64,000 nucleotides of DNA from Octopus bimaculoides (Eukaryota). The stretch lies in the NCBI RefSeq assembly GCF_001194135.2, contig NC_069010.1, positions 9,735,102-9,799,101 of the forward strand, in the 5' to 3' direction. Under the pieces are notes generated by a model, which was not told the DNA's origin, searched no databases, and saw only the letters and a list, made by a program, of their open reading frames with translations. Shown here piece by piece: positions 1 to 11,818 of this stretch (positions are counted from its first letter, which is position 1; each line of letters opens with the position of its first letter). Made by a program: the position numbers and the translations under genes.

Positions 1-121
1 GCTGCCTGGGGCAACCCTTGAATTTGCTCCAATGTGCCGTCGCTGTCTTTCTTCCCCCCCTCCCCCTTTTGTCTCCGCTCCCCTCTCACTCTCACTCTCC
101 CTCTCTCTCTTCCTCCCACAG

Positions 122-1201
122 CATCAACCGTACAAGCCTCGGCGGGGTTCGTATCAAGAACAACTACAGCACTGAGGTGGACCCTGAGATCAGTAAATCC
201 ATCTGGCAGCGATGTACCTCAAGGATACCCAGTCTGCAGGTAAGTAGGGAAGGGCAGGCCACAACACTCCACCCCATTGTCATGTCCTGGGGTGGCGGGG
301 GATGGAGAACATGTGGCTGTGTCATTGCGTGTGTATGCGGGGGAGACCTGATTGTGCATTTGGAGCAAAATCATTGTATGTTTGCATGTGTGTGTGTGTT
401 AACAATGTTCCCTAAAATAGGGGATGCCTTGCTGTTGTTCTTTGCTTTCTTTGTGATGAAGGGGGCAGTTGCGTTACTGCTGTAGCTATATTTAAACATT
501 CTTTATCTTCCTTTTTCTTTCTTTCTTCTTTTCTTCCCTTCTTTCTTTCATTCGCTTGTTCCTACCTTACTTCTTTCCTCTCTTTTTCTTTTTTTGTTAG
601 TTCGTTCATTCATTCGTTCCTTTCTTTCATTCCCTTCCACCTCATTTCTCCTTCAGAAAGCTAAAGTCCTGTGGGAGTGGGCAGGCTTACGTCCACACAG
701 GGACCCGATCCGCCTCGAACAGGACATCATGAATTTTCCAAAGGGCACACTAAAGGTGAGGAAGCTCTTCGTCATCACCATCAACATCATCATCACCATC
801 GTTGTCATTGTCATCATTATAACTATTTGTTCCATTTACTTGTTTTATGACAAGCACACACCATACACTCATACCACACACCACTAACACACACACACGT
901 GCACTCACACATACTACTCTCACACATACATACTGCACTCACACACACACACACACACACACACACGTGTTGACCCCTCATCACATAACCCTTTGTATAT
1001 GTTTTTTTTTATCATGTTTTATTTAATCTTTCATTTTCTATTTCACTTCTTCTTCTTCTCTGTTCGTTAATTAAACAGGTTGTTCATAATTATGGCCACG
1101 GGGCCAATGGAGTGTCTTTAAGCTGGGGCACGGCCAAACACGCCACAAGACTTGTCAGACAATTCCTCGAGAATGACCCCGAACTGCGTTCAAAACTTTG
1201 A
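122..1201 (+). CDS. DDO: D-aspartate oxidase / D-amino-acid oxidase family, last three exons (5' part outside window)
   Basis: Exons 122-239, 657-755 and 1079-1201 have AG/GT ends and consistent phases. They give INRTSLGGVRIKNNYSTEVDPEISKSIWQRCTSRIPSLQ-KAKVLWEWAGLRPHRDPIRLEQDIMNFPKGTLK-VVHNYGHGANGVSLSWGTAKHATRLVRQFLENDPELRSKL*. The GLRP and VVHNYGHG motifs and C-terminal PTS1 SKL are DAO/DDO hallmarks. The Arg in LGGxR matches DDO (LGGTRQ) rather than DAO (LGGIFQ). Confidence 0.9.
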
Positions 1202-2410
1202 TGACAAGACCCTGCACTTTGAAGCANNNNNNNNNNNNNNNNNNNNNNNNNNNNNNNNNNNNNNNNNNNNNNNNNNNNNNNNNNNNNNNNNNNNNNNNNN
1301 NNNNNNNNNNNNNNNNNNNNNNNNNNNNNNNNNNNNNNNNNNNNNNNNNNNNNNNNNNNNNNNNNNNNNNNNNNNNNNNNNNNNNNNNNNNNNNNNNNNN
1401 NNNNNNNNNNNNNNNNNNNNNNNNNNNNNNNNNNNNNNNNNNNNNNNNNNNNNNNNNNNNNNNNNNNNNNNNNNNNNNNNNNNNNNNNNNNNNNNNNNNN
1501 NNNNNNNNNNNNNNNNNNNNNNNNNNNNNNNNNNNNNNNNNNNNNNNNNNNNNNNNNNNNNNNNNNNNNNNNNNNNNNNNNNNNNNNNNNNNNNNNNNNN
1601 NNNNNNNNNNNNNNNNNNNNNNNNNNNNNNNNNNNNNNNNNNNNNNNNNNNNNNNNNNNNNNNNNNNNNNNNNNNNNNNNNGATGTGCTAGCATGGCTGC
1701 AGTCCAATGACAAACAAATAAAAGATAAAATTCGTACATACATACATATATATATATATACACTTGCACATATACAGGGTGGCCCAAAAGCCGGTTTACA
1801 GTTATCACGTAGGCACTTTAAATTTCTTTTAAAACATTTTAATTACGTTTAAATTTCTATCAAACTGAAAAGGGAGTTTGACAAAATTAACTAAATTAGC
1901 ATAGAATAATGGTTTGATATCTTTTCATAATTAAGATCTAATCTGTTAATATATGAATGCAAAAGAAATAGTTGAATAACTGCGAACCTACTTTTGGGTT
2001 GGTGCATAATTATTGCAGCTTTTTTCAATAGCTGATATGTGCAGTACCTGAGATACAAGTTCAAATCCCACCTTCTAAAACCTGGTGCTATATTTTCTTT
2101 TCATCTAAAATTATTTCTGAAAACAGTTACTGCAGTTTATAACCATAATGATAATTTGTTTGTTCTTGTGATGTTTTTTTAAAAAATATATTTTTATGAT
2201 ACATATATTTTTTAATAAAAATTATATTGAAAATTTGAAATTTATGATTTGAAAATAAAATTTACCTTTTGTCGGGGTAAAAACATTTATTGCTTAGTGC
2301 AGAATCAAAACCCAGATGTCATCCAAGGTTGAGCCTTTCTTTTGTTTTTCCTTCTTTGCTTTTTGACCTGCTTTCAAATTCCAGAGGGATGGCATCTAAG
2401 GTACACAAGT

Positions 2411-2780
2411 GGAGGCGCAATGGCCCAGTGGTTAGGGCAGCGGACTCGCGGTCATAGGATCGCAGTTTCGTTGTGAGTGTTTATTGGGCGAAAACACCTA
2501 AAAAGCTCCACGAGGCTCCGGCAGGGGATGGTGGCGAACCCTACTGTACTCTTTCACCACAACTTTCTCTCGCTCTTACTTCCTGTTTCTGTTGTGCCTG
2601 TAACTCAAAGGGTCAGCCTTGTCACACTCTGTGTCATGCTGAATATCCCCCCCGAGAACTACGTTGAGGGTTACACGTGTCTGTGGAGTGCTCAGCCACT
2701 TGCACGTTAATTTCACGAGCAGGCTGTTCCGTTGATCGGATCAACTGGAACCCACGACGTCGGAAGCGACGGAGTGCCAC
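2411..2780 (+). mobile_element. tRNA-derived SINE, family A (other copies at about 31802-32060 and 39808-40090)
   Basis: tRNA-like head GGAGGCGCAATGGCCCAGTGGTTAGGGCAGCGGACTCGC with an A box. The body ctgtggagtgctcagccacttgca recurs near 40020. Confidence 0.75.
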
Positions 2781-2799
2781 TATATAAGGTACACACACA

Positions 2800-3290
2800 C
2801 CATAGGGTCCTATAAGAAACCAATATCATAATATTTTCCAGCTGAATTCCCAAGCATTGCCAACTGAGGCTATGGGTATTAGGCAGCTCTCCCATCCTTG
2901 GTCTCCAGTGAAGTTGGCTCGACTTGAAGACCCTGTTTGTGATTCTTTCCTGTGGCACCCTAATCGCATGTCTGTAGAACCACAGCTGTGACTTCTCAAT
3001 GATCAAGGATACTGTCCAACCATCTCACTTGAAGGATCCCTCTTATGAATTGTTCCTCTGGCACCCTGATTGCACGTATTCGGTAGAACCACAACTGTGA
3101 CCTCTCATTGCAGAAAAAGTTGAAGCTTGACCTGGCGGGGTGGGGGAGAGTCCGTGAGACTATGAACATTACCCAACCATCTTGCTTTGGGTCTACTCCC
3201 TAAGTCCCCTACCAGTTAGCTTGGCTTAAAGAACCTTGACCTGCAGAGACTCCCTAATCTCCAAGCTAAGCACCCTCTTGAGTAACCTTG
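2800..3290 (-). mobile_element. Iterated 3' fragments of an RTE-like LINE
   Basis: Minus strand reads IEKSQLWFYRHAIRVPQERI..RPR..HSLSWQCLGIQLEN, a decayed SQLRW.GH..RM..GRPR..W motif. The segment occurs about twice. Confidence 0.6.
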
Positions 3291-5013
3291 GGAGAACCCT
3301 ATTTTCACGAAAAAGAAACTGTCTCAAGAAAACAAAAAATAACACCACCACCCCCTCGGGTCTCACATCAACTAATCTTGTCCCCGACTCACTTTTTTCC
3401 CATTTTACTCACCAACCCTGGAATCTGCTCTTTCGGAAATATTTGGGAAGTATCTTTATATAAAGTCCATGCCTGCCCAACACAAGAGCTGATTTATTCA
3501 CCAAGTTGGATCATGCCATCTGCAAAAACTATGGTAATGGCATTCACGACGACGGTGATGATGATGATGATGATAAAGTTAATTACATACCTGTTACTTG
3601 TATACTTGTTTACTGTTCACGTATGCAAAATGTGCACGTTCGTGTGTGGGTGTGTGGAGAGGGGGAGGTGTTAACAAACACAAGGCATAAACATCAACAC
3701 CTGGCTACACACAGAGTTGCACATACATACACACACATGCATACGCGTAGCCATATATATATATACACGCATGCCAACATCTTTGCATGTCTGTATGTGT
3801 TGAACGTCATCAAAGCCACACAATTCCCACCCGTTCCCTTTTTTCTTACAAATATTTAAAAATGTATAAACATATTGGTGTTCGTGTGTATATATCATCA
3901 TCATCATCATTGTTTAATGTCCGCTTTCCATGCTAGCATGGGTTGGACGATTTGACTGAGGACTGGTGAACCAGATGGCTGCACCAAGCTCCAATCTGAT
4001 TTGGCAGAGTTTCTACAGCTGGATGCCCTTCCTAACGCCAACCGCTCCGAGAGTGTAGTGGGTGCTTTTACGTGCCACCGGCACGAGGGCCAGTCNNNNN
4101 NNNNNNNNNNNNNNNNNNNNNNNNNNNNNNNNNNNNNNNNNNNNNNNNNNNNNNNNNNNNNNNNNNNNNNNNNNNNNNNNNNNNNNNNNNNNNNNNNNNN
4201 NNNNNNNNNNNNNNNNNNNNNNNNNNNNNNNNNNNNNNNNNNNNNNNNNNNNNNNNNNNNNNNNNNNNNNNNNNNNNNNNNNNNNNNNNNNNNNNNNNNN
4301 NNNNNNNNNNNNNNNNNNNNNNNNNNNNNNNNNNNNNNNNNNNNNNNNNNNNNNNNNNNNNNNNNNNNNNNNNNNNNNNNNNNNNNNNNNNNNNNNNNNN
4401 NNNNNNNNNNNNNNNNNNNNNNNNNNNNNNNNNNNNNNNNNNNNNNNNNNNNNNNNNNNNNNNNNNNNNNNNNNNNNNNNNNNNNNNNNNNNNNNNNNNN
4501 NNNNNNNNNNNNNNNNNNNNNNNNNNNNNNNNNNNNNNNNNNNNNNNNNNNNNNATGACAATGGCTATAGTACAATGAAGGCGGTGAAGCAAGAGGGGGA
4601 AGGAATAGGAATGACAAGCAGGAGGAGGAGGAGGGGGGAGGTCGAGGGTTGAGGGAGGAGGGTGGGATGAAATTTGTTGTTGATTGTTTGTTGTTTTTTT
4701 TTTACATAAATATTTTTGATATATTTTTAATGAGATTTGGTGGTGGCTGTCATGGTGGAGTAGGGGGTAACAAACAGACAGGTGTTTGTGGAGGGGTGTG
4801 CAGGGGGGAGATGTAGGGCAGGGCATTCGGGTGGCCTGTGTGTGTGCGTGTGTGTGTATGTATGTATGCATGTATGCGTGAGTGTACATGTGCGTGTATG
4901 TGAGTATGCATGTGTATTTGTGAGTGAGCGTATGTGTGTGTGTATATTGTGTATCTGTATATATATACATACATACATACATACATATGTATATATGTGT
5001 GTGTGTGTGTATG

Positions 5014-5054
<41 letters not shown>

Positions 5055-5204
5055 GTATGTATGCGTGCGTGCGTGTGCGTGCATGTATATATGTGTGTGT
5101 GTATGTATGTTTGGACATACATGTAAGTATGTATACACATGCGTCTGTGAACTGACTGGACTGCAAGCATGGATGCGAGGCAGGCACAACCCACGGCCAT
5201 CCGC

Positions 5205-5233
5205 TATAAATACAAGCCGTCTCCGGTTCAGTC
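5205..5233 (+). promoter_or_regulatory. TATA box and initiator of the His-repeat/defensin-like gene
   Basis: TATAAATA at 5205-5212 and TCAGTC (Inr-like) at 5228-5233. CCACCATG start context at 5301-5308. Confidence 0.6.
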
Positions 5234-5305
5234 CAGAACACAGCAAACTTTTGTAGCCTCACTGCAAGATCTTCCCTCATCGCAGCCACATCTTTTATTT
5301 CCACC

Positions 5306-7364
5306 ATGAAAGCATTCTTCCAGGCTATATTCCTGCTGACGGCGCTGTCGGTCAGCCTCCATGCATTCCAGTCTGAACTCGAACAGGTTGGTTATGCCTC
5401 TGCTCTTAGTGAGAAATATGATGGGGACTACTACAAGTACAGTAAGTTGGTCCGAAGAGACGCAGGCCACCCCAGTGAAAGATCTCTTGTGAAACGCTCG
5501 TATCATCACACCTATGCTCCTGGTGACCGTCACACCTATGGCCCAGGAAGACATACTTATGGACCCTATGACCGTCACACCTATGGCCCAGGAAGACATA
5601 CTTATGGACCCCATGGTCATCACACCTATGGCCCACNNNNNNNNNNNNNNNNNNNNNNNNNNNNNNNNNNNNNNNNNNNNNNNNNNNNNNNNNACCCCAT
5701 GGTCATCACACCTATGGCCCAGGAAGACATACTTATGGACCCCATGGTCATCACACCTATGGCCCAGGAAGACATACTTATGGACCCCATGGTCATCACA
5801 CCTATGGCCCACATCACACTAAGCCAGGTACTTCACTTACTTTTTTATAATATTTATCTTTTTATGGGGGTGGTGTCCCCTGGTGGTCAGTTGTCATTGG
5901 GGAGACAATCTCTTCTAGATTAAGTTAAGTCGGGCAACATTGCTGTGGATGAAACCTTCCCTGGTTCAATGCAGAAGGAAATGGCTGCAGCAACCCACCA
6001 TGGGGTACAGAGAGCACGGTGGGGCCCACTGCATCCATCTCCCTCCCCAGTCGTCTTGACTTGGTCTTGCTTCTCGATTGAAGATGGTCACAGACTGGGA
6101 AGCTATGAGTTGTTTAGTGTAGTCGGGCTTTCCTGTCTATTTATGTGACGACTGGATGCAGTGAACTCTACGAGAGAAACCTTCACAACTTAACAGAGGC
6201 AAAGGTGAGGGGCCAGTAATGCCCTGTGGGGCGCAGAGAAGAAAAGATGAAGCAAGTAAGGTCGTCCACTGCAACCATCTCCATCCCTGGTCATTCTGAC
6301 CTGGTCACTACACAAGTCATTAGACATCATTAGTCATCTGATGGTCAAATGTGCAGGCAAGTTAGGGCAAAGATTTCAACGAAGCACCGTGTCAAGTATT
6401 CCTCTTCAGGAGAAGGCTTGGCTGTGTGGCTGAGAAGTCTGCTTCCTGAGCACATGGTTCTGGGTTCAGTCCCACTATGGAGCATCTTGGGAAAGTATCT
6501 TCTATAATCACTCCAAGCCAACAAAAGCGTTGGTGTGGGTTTGGAAGATGGAAACTAAAAGAAGCCTGTCTGATACATGTATTTATACACACACATACAC
6601 ACATTATTCTTATACAAGAACATTGGTGACAGTGACTCCGAAGTTAGATAAACTACCAGCAGATTGCAATGCATTGAAGTTAATATTTTTCTTGGATGGA
6701 ATGGTGATTAGATTTTTGGGGTGGTTTGTAACAAAGTGGTGTTTTCAAGAAATTTCTTTTGATTATATTTGGAATTATGTTATTGTTTCGAATTTATTTC
6801 CATATATAGAACTCGGTAAACAGGTGGGTCTATTCTGGTGCGATTCTAAGGTTAAGTCGACACAGGACATTATATATATATATATATCTTTATAAGAATT
6901 TATCAAGTAGTTAGCATGAAAAAACCTCATAAGGAAAAAAACCATCATTTTTTTCCATAAATATATATAATTTAATTTATATAAGGGCCCTCTAAGTGTG
7001 AGGCATTATTGTATAGTAATGCCCTTATATAAATTAAATTATATATATATATGCATATATATATCTATAAACATAGACACACACACACACGTGTGCACAG
7101 GTATATAGAATGAGTTTTAGAGAATACAGGTTTTTGAGAACATAATTGACCCAGTATAAATGGTTGGTTATTTTAAAGTGTCTTTTCCACACCTCATTAA
7201 TTCTGAGTGGACACTTTAGAGGTTGGGGTGGGGACATAAGGGTCTATAGAAAGCAAAAGAAAAGAGTGCTTATATGATACACTTGGGAGAGTTGACGTCA
7301 CATGGGTGCTCAACCTTGCAGACATGAAGGAAAAATATATGCCTCTATGCATACGTAAGTATGT

Positions 7365-7397
<33 letters not shown>

Positions 7398-7943
7398 NNN
7401 NNNNNNNNNNNNNNNNNNNNNNNNNNNNNNNNNNNNNNNNNNNNNNNNNNNNNNNNNNNNNNNNNNNNNNNNNNNNNNNNNNNNNNNNNNNNNNNNNNNN
7501 NNNNNNNNNNNNNNNNNNNNNNNNNNNNNNNNNNNNNNNNNNNNNNNNNNNNNNNNNNNNNNNNNNNNNNNNNNNNNNNNNNNNNNNNNNNNNNNNNNNN
7601 NNNNNNNNNNNNNNNNNNNNNNNNNNNNNNNNNNNNNNNNNNNNNNNNNNNNNNNNNNNNNNNNNNNNNNNNNNNNNNNNNNNNNNNNNNNNNNNNNNNN
7701 NNNNNNNNNNNNNNNNNNNNNNNNNNNNNNNNNNNNNNNNNNNNNNNNNNNNNNNNNNNNNNNNNNNNNNNNNNNNNNNNNNNNNNNNNNNNNNNNNNNN
7801 NNNNNNNNNNNNNNNNNNNNNNNNNNNNNNNNNNNNNNNNNNNNNNNNNNNNNNNNNNNNNNNNNNNNNNNNNNNNNNNNNNNNNNNNNNNNNNNNNNNN
7901 NNNNNNNNNNNNNNNNNNNNNNNNNGTATATGTATATGTATAT

Positions 7944-8016
<73 letters not shown>

Positions 8017-8268
8017 CTTGTGGTCCACAGAAAACAATACAAAGTTGAATAAAGAAAGAGTAAAGGAAGAATATCCAAACACAATAAATACACCTCCATT
8101 CAAAATTCCACATGATCCCTAATTGGTGTTTTTTTCCCTTCTATTGCAGAGCCCCGATGTGAAAAAATTAGTTTTTTGAATACATACTGTTTGTCCGTCT
8201 GTCCACCTGGCCACCTCCAGATTTCTAACATTTCTGGCTGTCCAAGGGGTACCATTTGCTGCACATAA
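5306..8268 (+). CDS. Secreted precursor: signal peptide + propeptide (RR, KR) + HTYGP tandem repeat + 6-Cys beta-defensin-like domain (gene A)
   Basis: Exon 1 is 5306-5827 (57-N gap at 5637-5693 inside the repeat): MKAFFQAIFLLTALSVSLHA...LVRR...LVKR-SYHHTYAPGDRHTYGPGR...HTYGPHHTKP, ending in phase-1 donor CCAG|GTACTT. Exon 2 follows the pyrimidine tract TTTTTTCCCTTCTATTGCAG| and spans 8150-8269: (E)PRCEKISFLNTYCLSVCPPGHLQISNISGCPRGTICCT*, stop at 8266-8268. The defensin label rests on Cys pattern only. Confidence 0.85.
5503..5817 (+). repeat. Coding minisatellite, 45-bp unit encoding HTYGPGRHTYGPHGH
   Basis: Unit cacacctatggcccaggaagacatacttatggaccccatggtcat is repeated on both sides of the 5637-5693 gap. 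At least 11 complete HTY(G/A)P pentamers are visible. Confidence 0.9.
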
Positions 8269-8949
8269 GGTACGTATTACAATATCTTCATTTATCTCTG
8301 ACATCTTCTACTCATTGGACTCGTGGTCATGCTGGAGCAGCATGTTGAAAGGGTTTGGTTGAACAAATCGACCCCAAGACAGTTTTTTTTTTTTTTTTAG
8401 AGAATTTGGTATTTACTCTATTGATCTCTCTTGCTGAACCACTATGTTACAGGGTCATAAACAAACCAATGCCAATTATCAAGCCCTGGTGGGACACAGA
8501 CACAACCACAAAAACACATACTTATATACACATACATCACCGTATCAAGTAGACTATTAAATATTGTTATACATCGCTGGTCACAATGCGATTCCTTGCA
8601 TTTTAGTATTTTTCAAATGATGCCGACCTACTGCTCTAGGCAGACGGGCCTGCATTTTCTACTGAACTCAGCACCGGTCCTCCACAGCTCAAGGTTGCCC
8701 CTTGGTGCTATGCAGTGGTACTGAACTAGGAACCATGGGATTGCAAAGTGAGCTTTTTAACCACATGGCCATGCTTGCGTCTATATACATGTGTGTATAT
8801 ATATATTGCGGGGGGGGGGGGGAGAATTTGGATAGAAAAGTGTGAAGGACAGACAGATACACTGAAAGATGTAAATATGTTCAAACTTGTTTCGATTTCA
8901 TTTAATTAAAATTAATTTAATTAATGTCCATTATTATTTTTCTTTGCAG

Positions 8950-9270
8950 CTTGCTCAACGATTTCATCTTCCAGACAAATGAATATATATACCTGTATAT
9001 ATACATATATATGCCTGTGTATATATATATATATGAGTCAGTATATTATATTATATACACACACACAACCTGATGTCATTGGTATATATGTATAATTTAT
9101 ACAGTCTATGAAATACAGTAAAACTTAATATACATGTATATATGTATGTATATGCATGTGTATATATATGTGTGTGTGTATGTATGTATATGCTTTGTAT
9201 TTATATATATATATATATATATGTATATGTATATGTATACATGCATATATATACAAAGGTTTTATATATA

Positions 9271-9340
<70 letters not shown>

Positions 9341-9465
9341 CAACGATAACAATTACAACAATGATGATGATGATGAATATTATAAAACATCTTAATATAT
9401 GAACAACAGAAAAATCATTAAAAAAAAAACTATGTAAAAACAACAAAAAAAGTAATTAATAAAAA
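8950..9465 (+). other. Probable non-coding 3'UTR exon of gene A
   Basis: Donor TAAG|GTACGT lies 1 nt after the stop (8269/8270). Acceptor TTTTTCTTTGCAG| at 8949; AATAAA near 9458-9463. The 3' end is uncertain. Confidence 0.45.
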
Positions 9466-11779
9466 TTAGCAAAAATGATTAACATGTTTGTTTTTATTTT
9501 TTGTATATACGATGTTTTTGTGTGATTTTGTTATTCTTGTAAATTCTTCTTCAGTTATTGGGTTACACCCACCCTGGGGCACTGTTGTGAATGATGGTAG
9601 CGGATTGCATCAAACTATCGGGACTTAGTTTCCATGCATTAGTTCTTTTATCGATCTCTATCTGCTGAACAACTACGTTATGTTTGTGACGTAAGGTAAA
9701 TGGAATTTTGCACTGGTTTGCATCAGGGCAACAGAATGGGAAAGGCACAGGTAAAACTGGACCCGTACAGGTCAAACTAAAGCGTTTGACCACTAGGTGG
9801 TCATCCAATATGCTAGAGGAGAGGGCTCGGAATATACTAGGCTACCCGTGACCTGTTGGATTACCAGAAAACTCTGAGTTTCCCAGGAACAGAGTTTTGT
9901 GGGGGGGGGGTTCATTTCCAGGTTATTTCACATGCTTTGAACGAATGAGACATCAAAATCACATGGAAACGGCCCCTTTCCCCCCGGTAAAGGAAAGATT
10001 TGGCTGCTATTTCTTGCACGCTCTGCTACCACGTAACAGGTATTTCTGGTCCTTTATCACAAATAGCTGTTACGTGGTAGCAGGGCATTCTAGAAATAGC
10101 AGCCAAATATGTTGAATGCCCTCGAAAAATAAAACCTATGGAAAAAAACTATTTTACATTGAGATTACAAACAGGTTTTTTTTTACAAAATATACCAAAG
10201 AATTTTTTTTTTTTACAGTATTCACTTCAAAATAACGTCAAAAAACATTAAAATATTGTCTGTTTAAAGAAAGATAAAATATAGATCCTGTATTTTAGAA
10301 ACATCTTACATTTTTGAAATCACATTTACTTAAAAAAAATATTTCTTAATGATTAAAATATTGTGTTTAACAAGTGAAAACAGTGTAAAACAAATCGAGA
10401 ACTAAACAACCAATTTCATTCAAATTTTACACATGCCTTACTTAGGGTCCAGGTAGTGTTTAAGGCCCCCAAAATCTTTTACTTGTTGCCTGGTGCGAGA
10501 TTACATCTTCATTATTTGAGTATTACTCAAAAGTGTAACAATAACATCCCTCTATTTTGATGTCAGGCAGTTTCACTTTTATACTGTCAGAGTGAAACTA
10601 TTACCTCACATGTATACATCAACTATAAAAACACTGTCTGGTAACATATAAAATATAAACTGAAGCTAAAAATTATTAAAATATTCAACTTACCGGACAA
10701 GGGCTCCTGGCTCCTTTTTCCTGTAGGCGAAGAAATAAAAAAACGAAGATATTTTGATTGTCCAGGCATTGCTATTACAGACGAATTAACAATTCGACTC
10801 CAGTGATAAACACAAACCACAACATCGGGCTCACTACAAAAACCCCGCTAAATTAGCCACAAACACAAACACAAACACACAGACACACACACAAGCACAC
10901 ACGCGCGCACACGCACGACCATTTCATATATCTTTCAATTTTTGCTCTCAGCAAATAACACATTTTCATCTTTATATATATATAGATAAACCATTTTTCC
11001 CCTCTTTCCCCCTTCTCTTTTATTTCTTAATCCATATTTTTCGTATATTATACCCCATATAAAAAAAATTACGTTTTTTTCTCCCATTTCGTTATTTCTT
11101 ACCCCGCTCATAAAATCTACTTCTTTCTATACACTTATTATTTTTTTCGCTTTAATATTCATTTCTGTAGTATATAAACAAAATTTTTTCTCTGAATACT
11201 ATAATATATACATTAATACATACAAACAACGAATTATTAATAACTATAATAATATATATATATAGTTATTTTCCATTTTTATTTCTCAAAACTTTCCCTC
11301 TCAAAAATATTTCATCTTTAATTTTGTCTTTAATACCCTCAACAGCCCATGGCATCCCATATTATAATTAATTGACTTTTTCATGTCCCTCAATCCCTTA
11401 TATATATATTTTTCAAATGCATTATAGTATTTTAGAAAAATTTCAATGTATAATATCTCCTCACATGAGCTCGGCATCCTCAGTTTATTTTGCTGTTCAA
11501 CACGTGAAAGTACACAGTCTTTCCCTGAATATATCCAACTAAATGTGGGGTTTTTTTTTACATGTAAAATAGCTTTCAATGCTGCTAAGTCAAACCTAAA
11601 GCTGGATTGAAATATATGTAGGGTCTCTTTGGTTATTTCATTCGTAGATCCGGTCCCCTGATATTCTGAATTTTATATCTATTACATTTTCATTGAGATA
11701 CTAATAAATTTAACCAAGTGTACAATATATTTTTTCTTCTCCATTTTCTTTTATTTTCTTACATATATGTATGTATGTA

Positions 11780-11818
<39 letters not shown>

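Noticed and set aside
2411-2470. tRNA gene
   Set aside because: It is the tRNA-like head of a multi-copy SINE; there is no complete cloverleaf.
5306-5923. ORF-track version of gene A ending PMVITPMAQEDILMD...SLLD
   Set aside because: The frame after the 57-N gap is wrong. The repeat continues in another frame (HTYGP) and splices at 5827.
11301-11690. Roughly 130-codon minus-strand open frame
   Set aside because: It is AT-rich with no recognisable motif, no start codon and no clear splice context.
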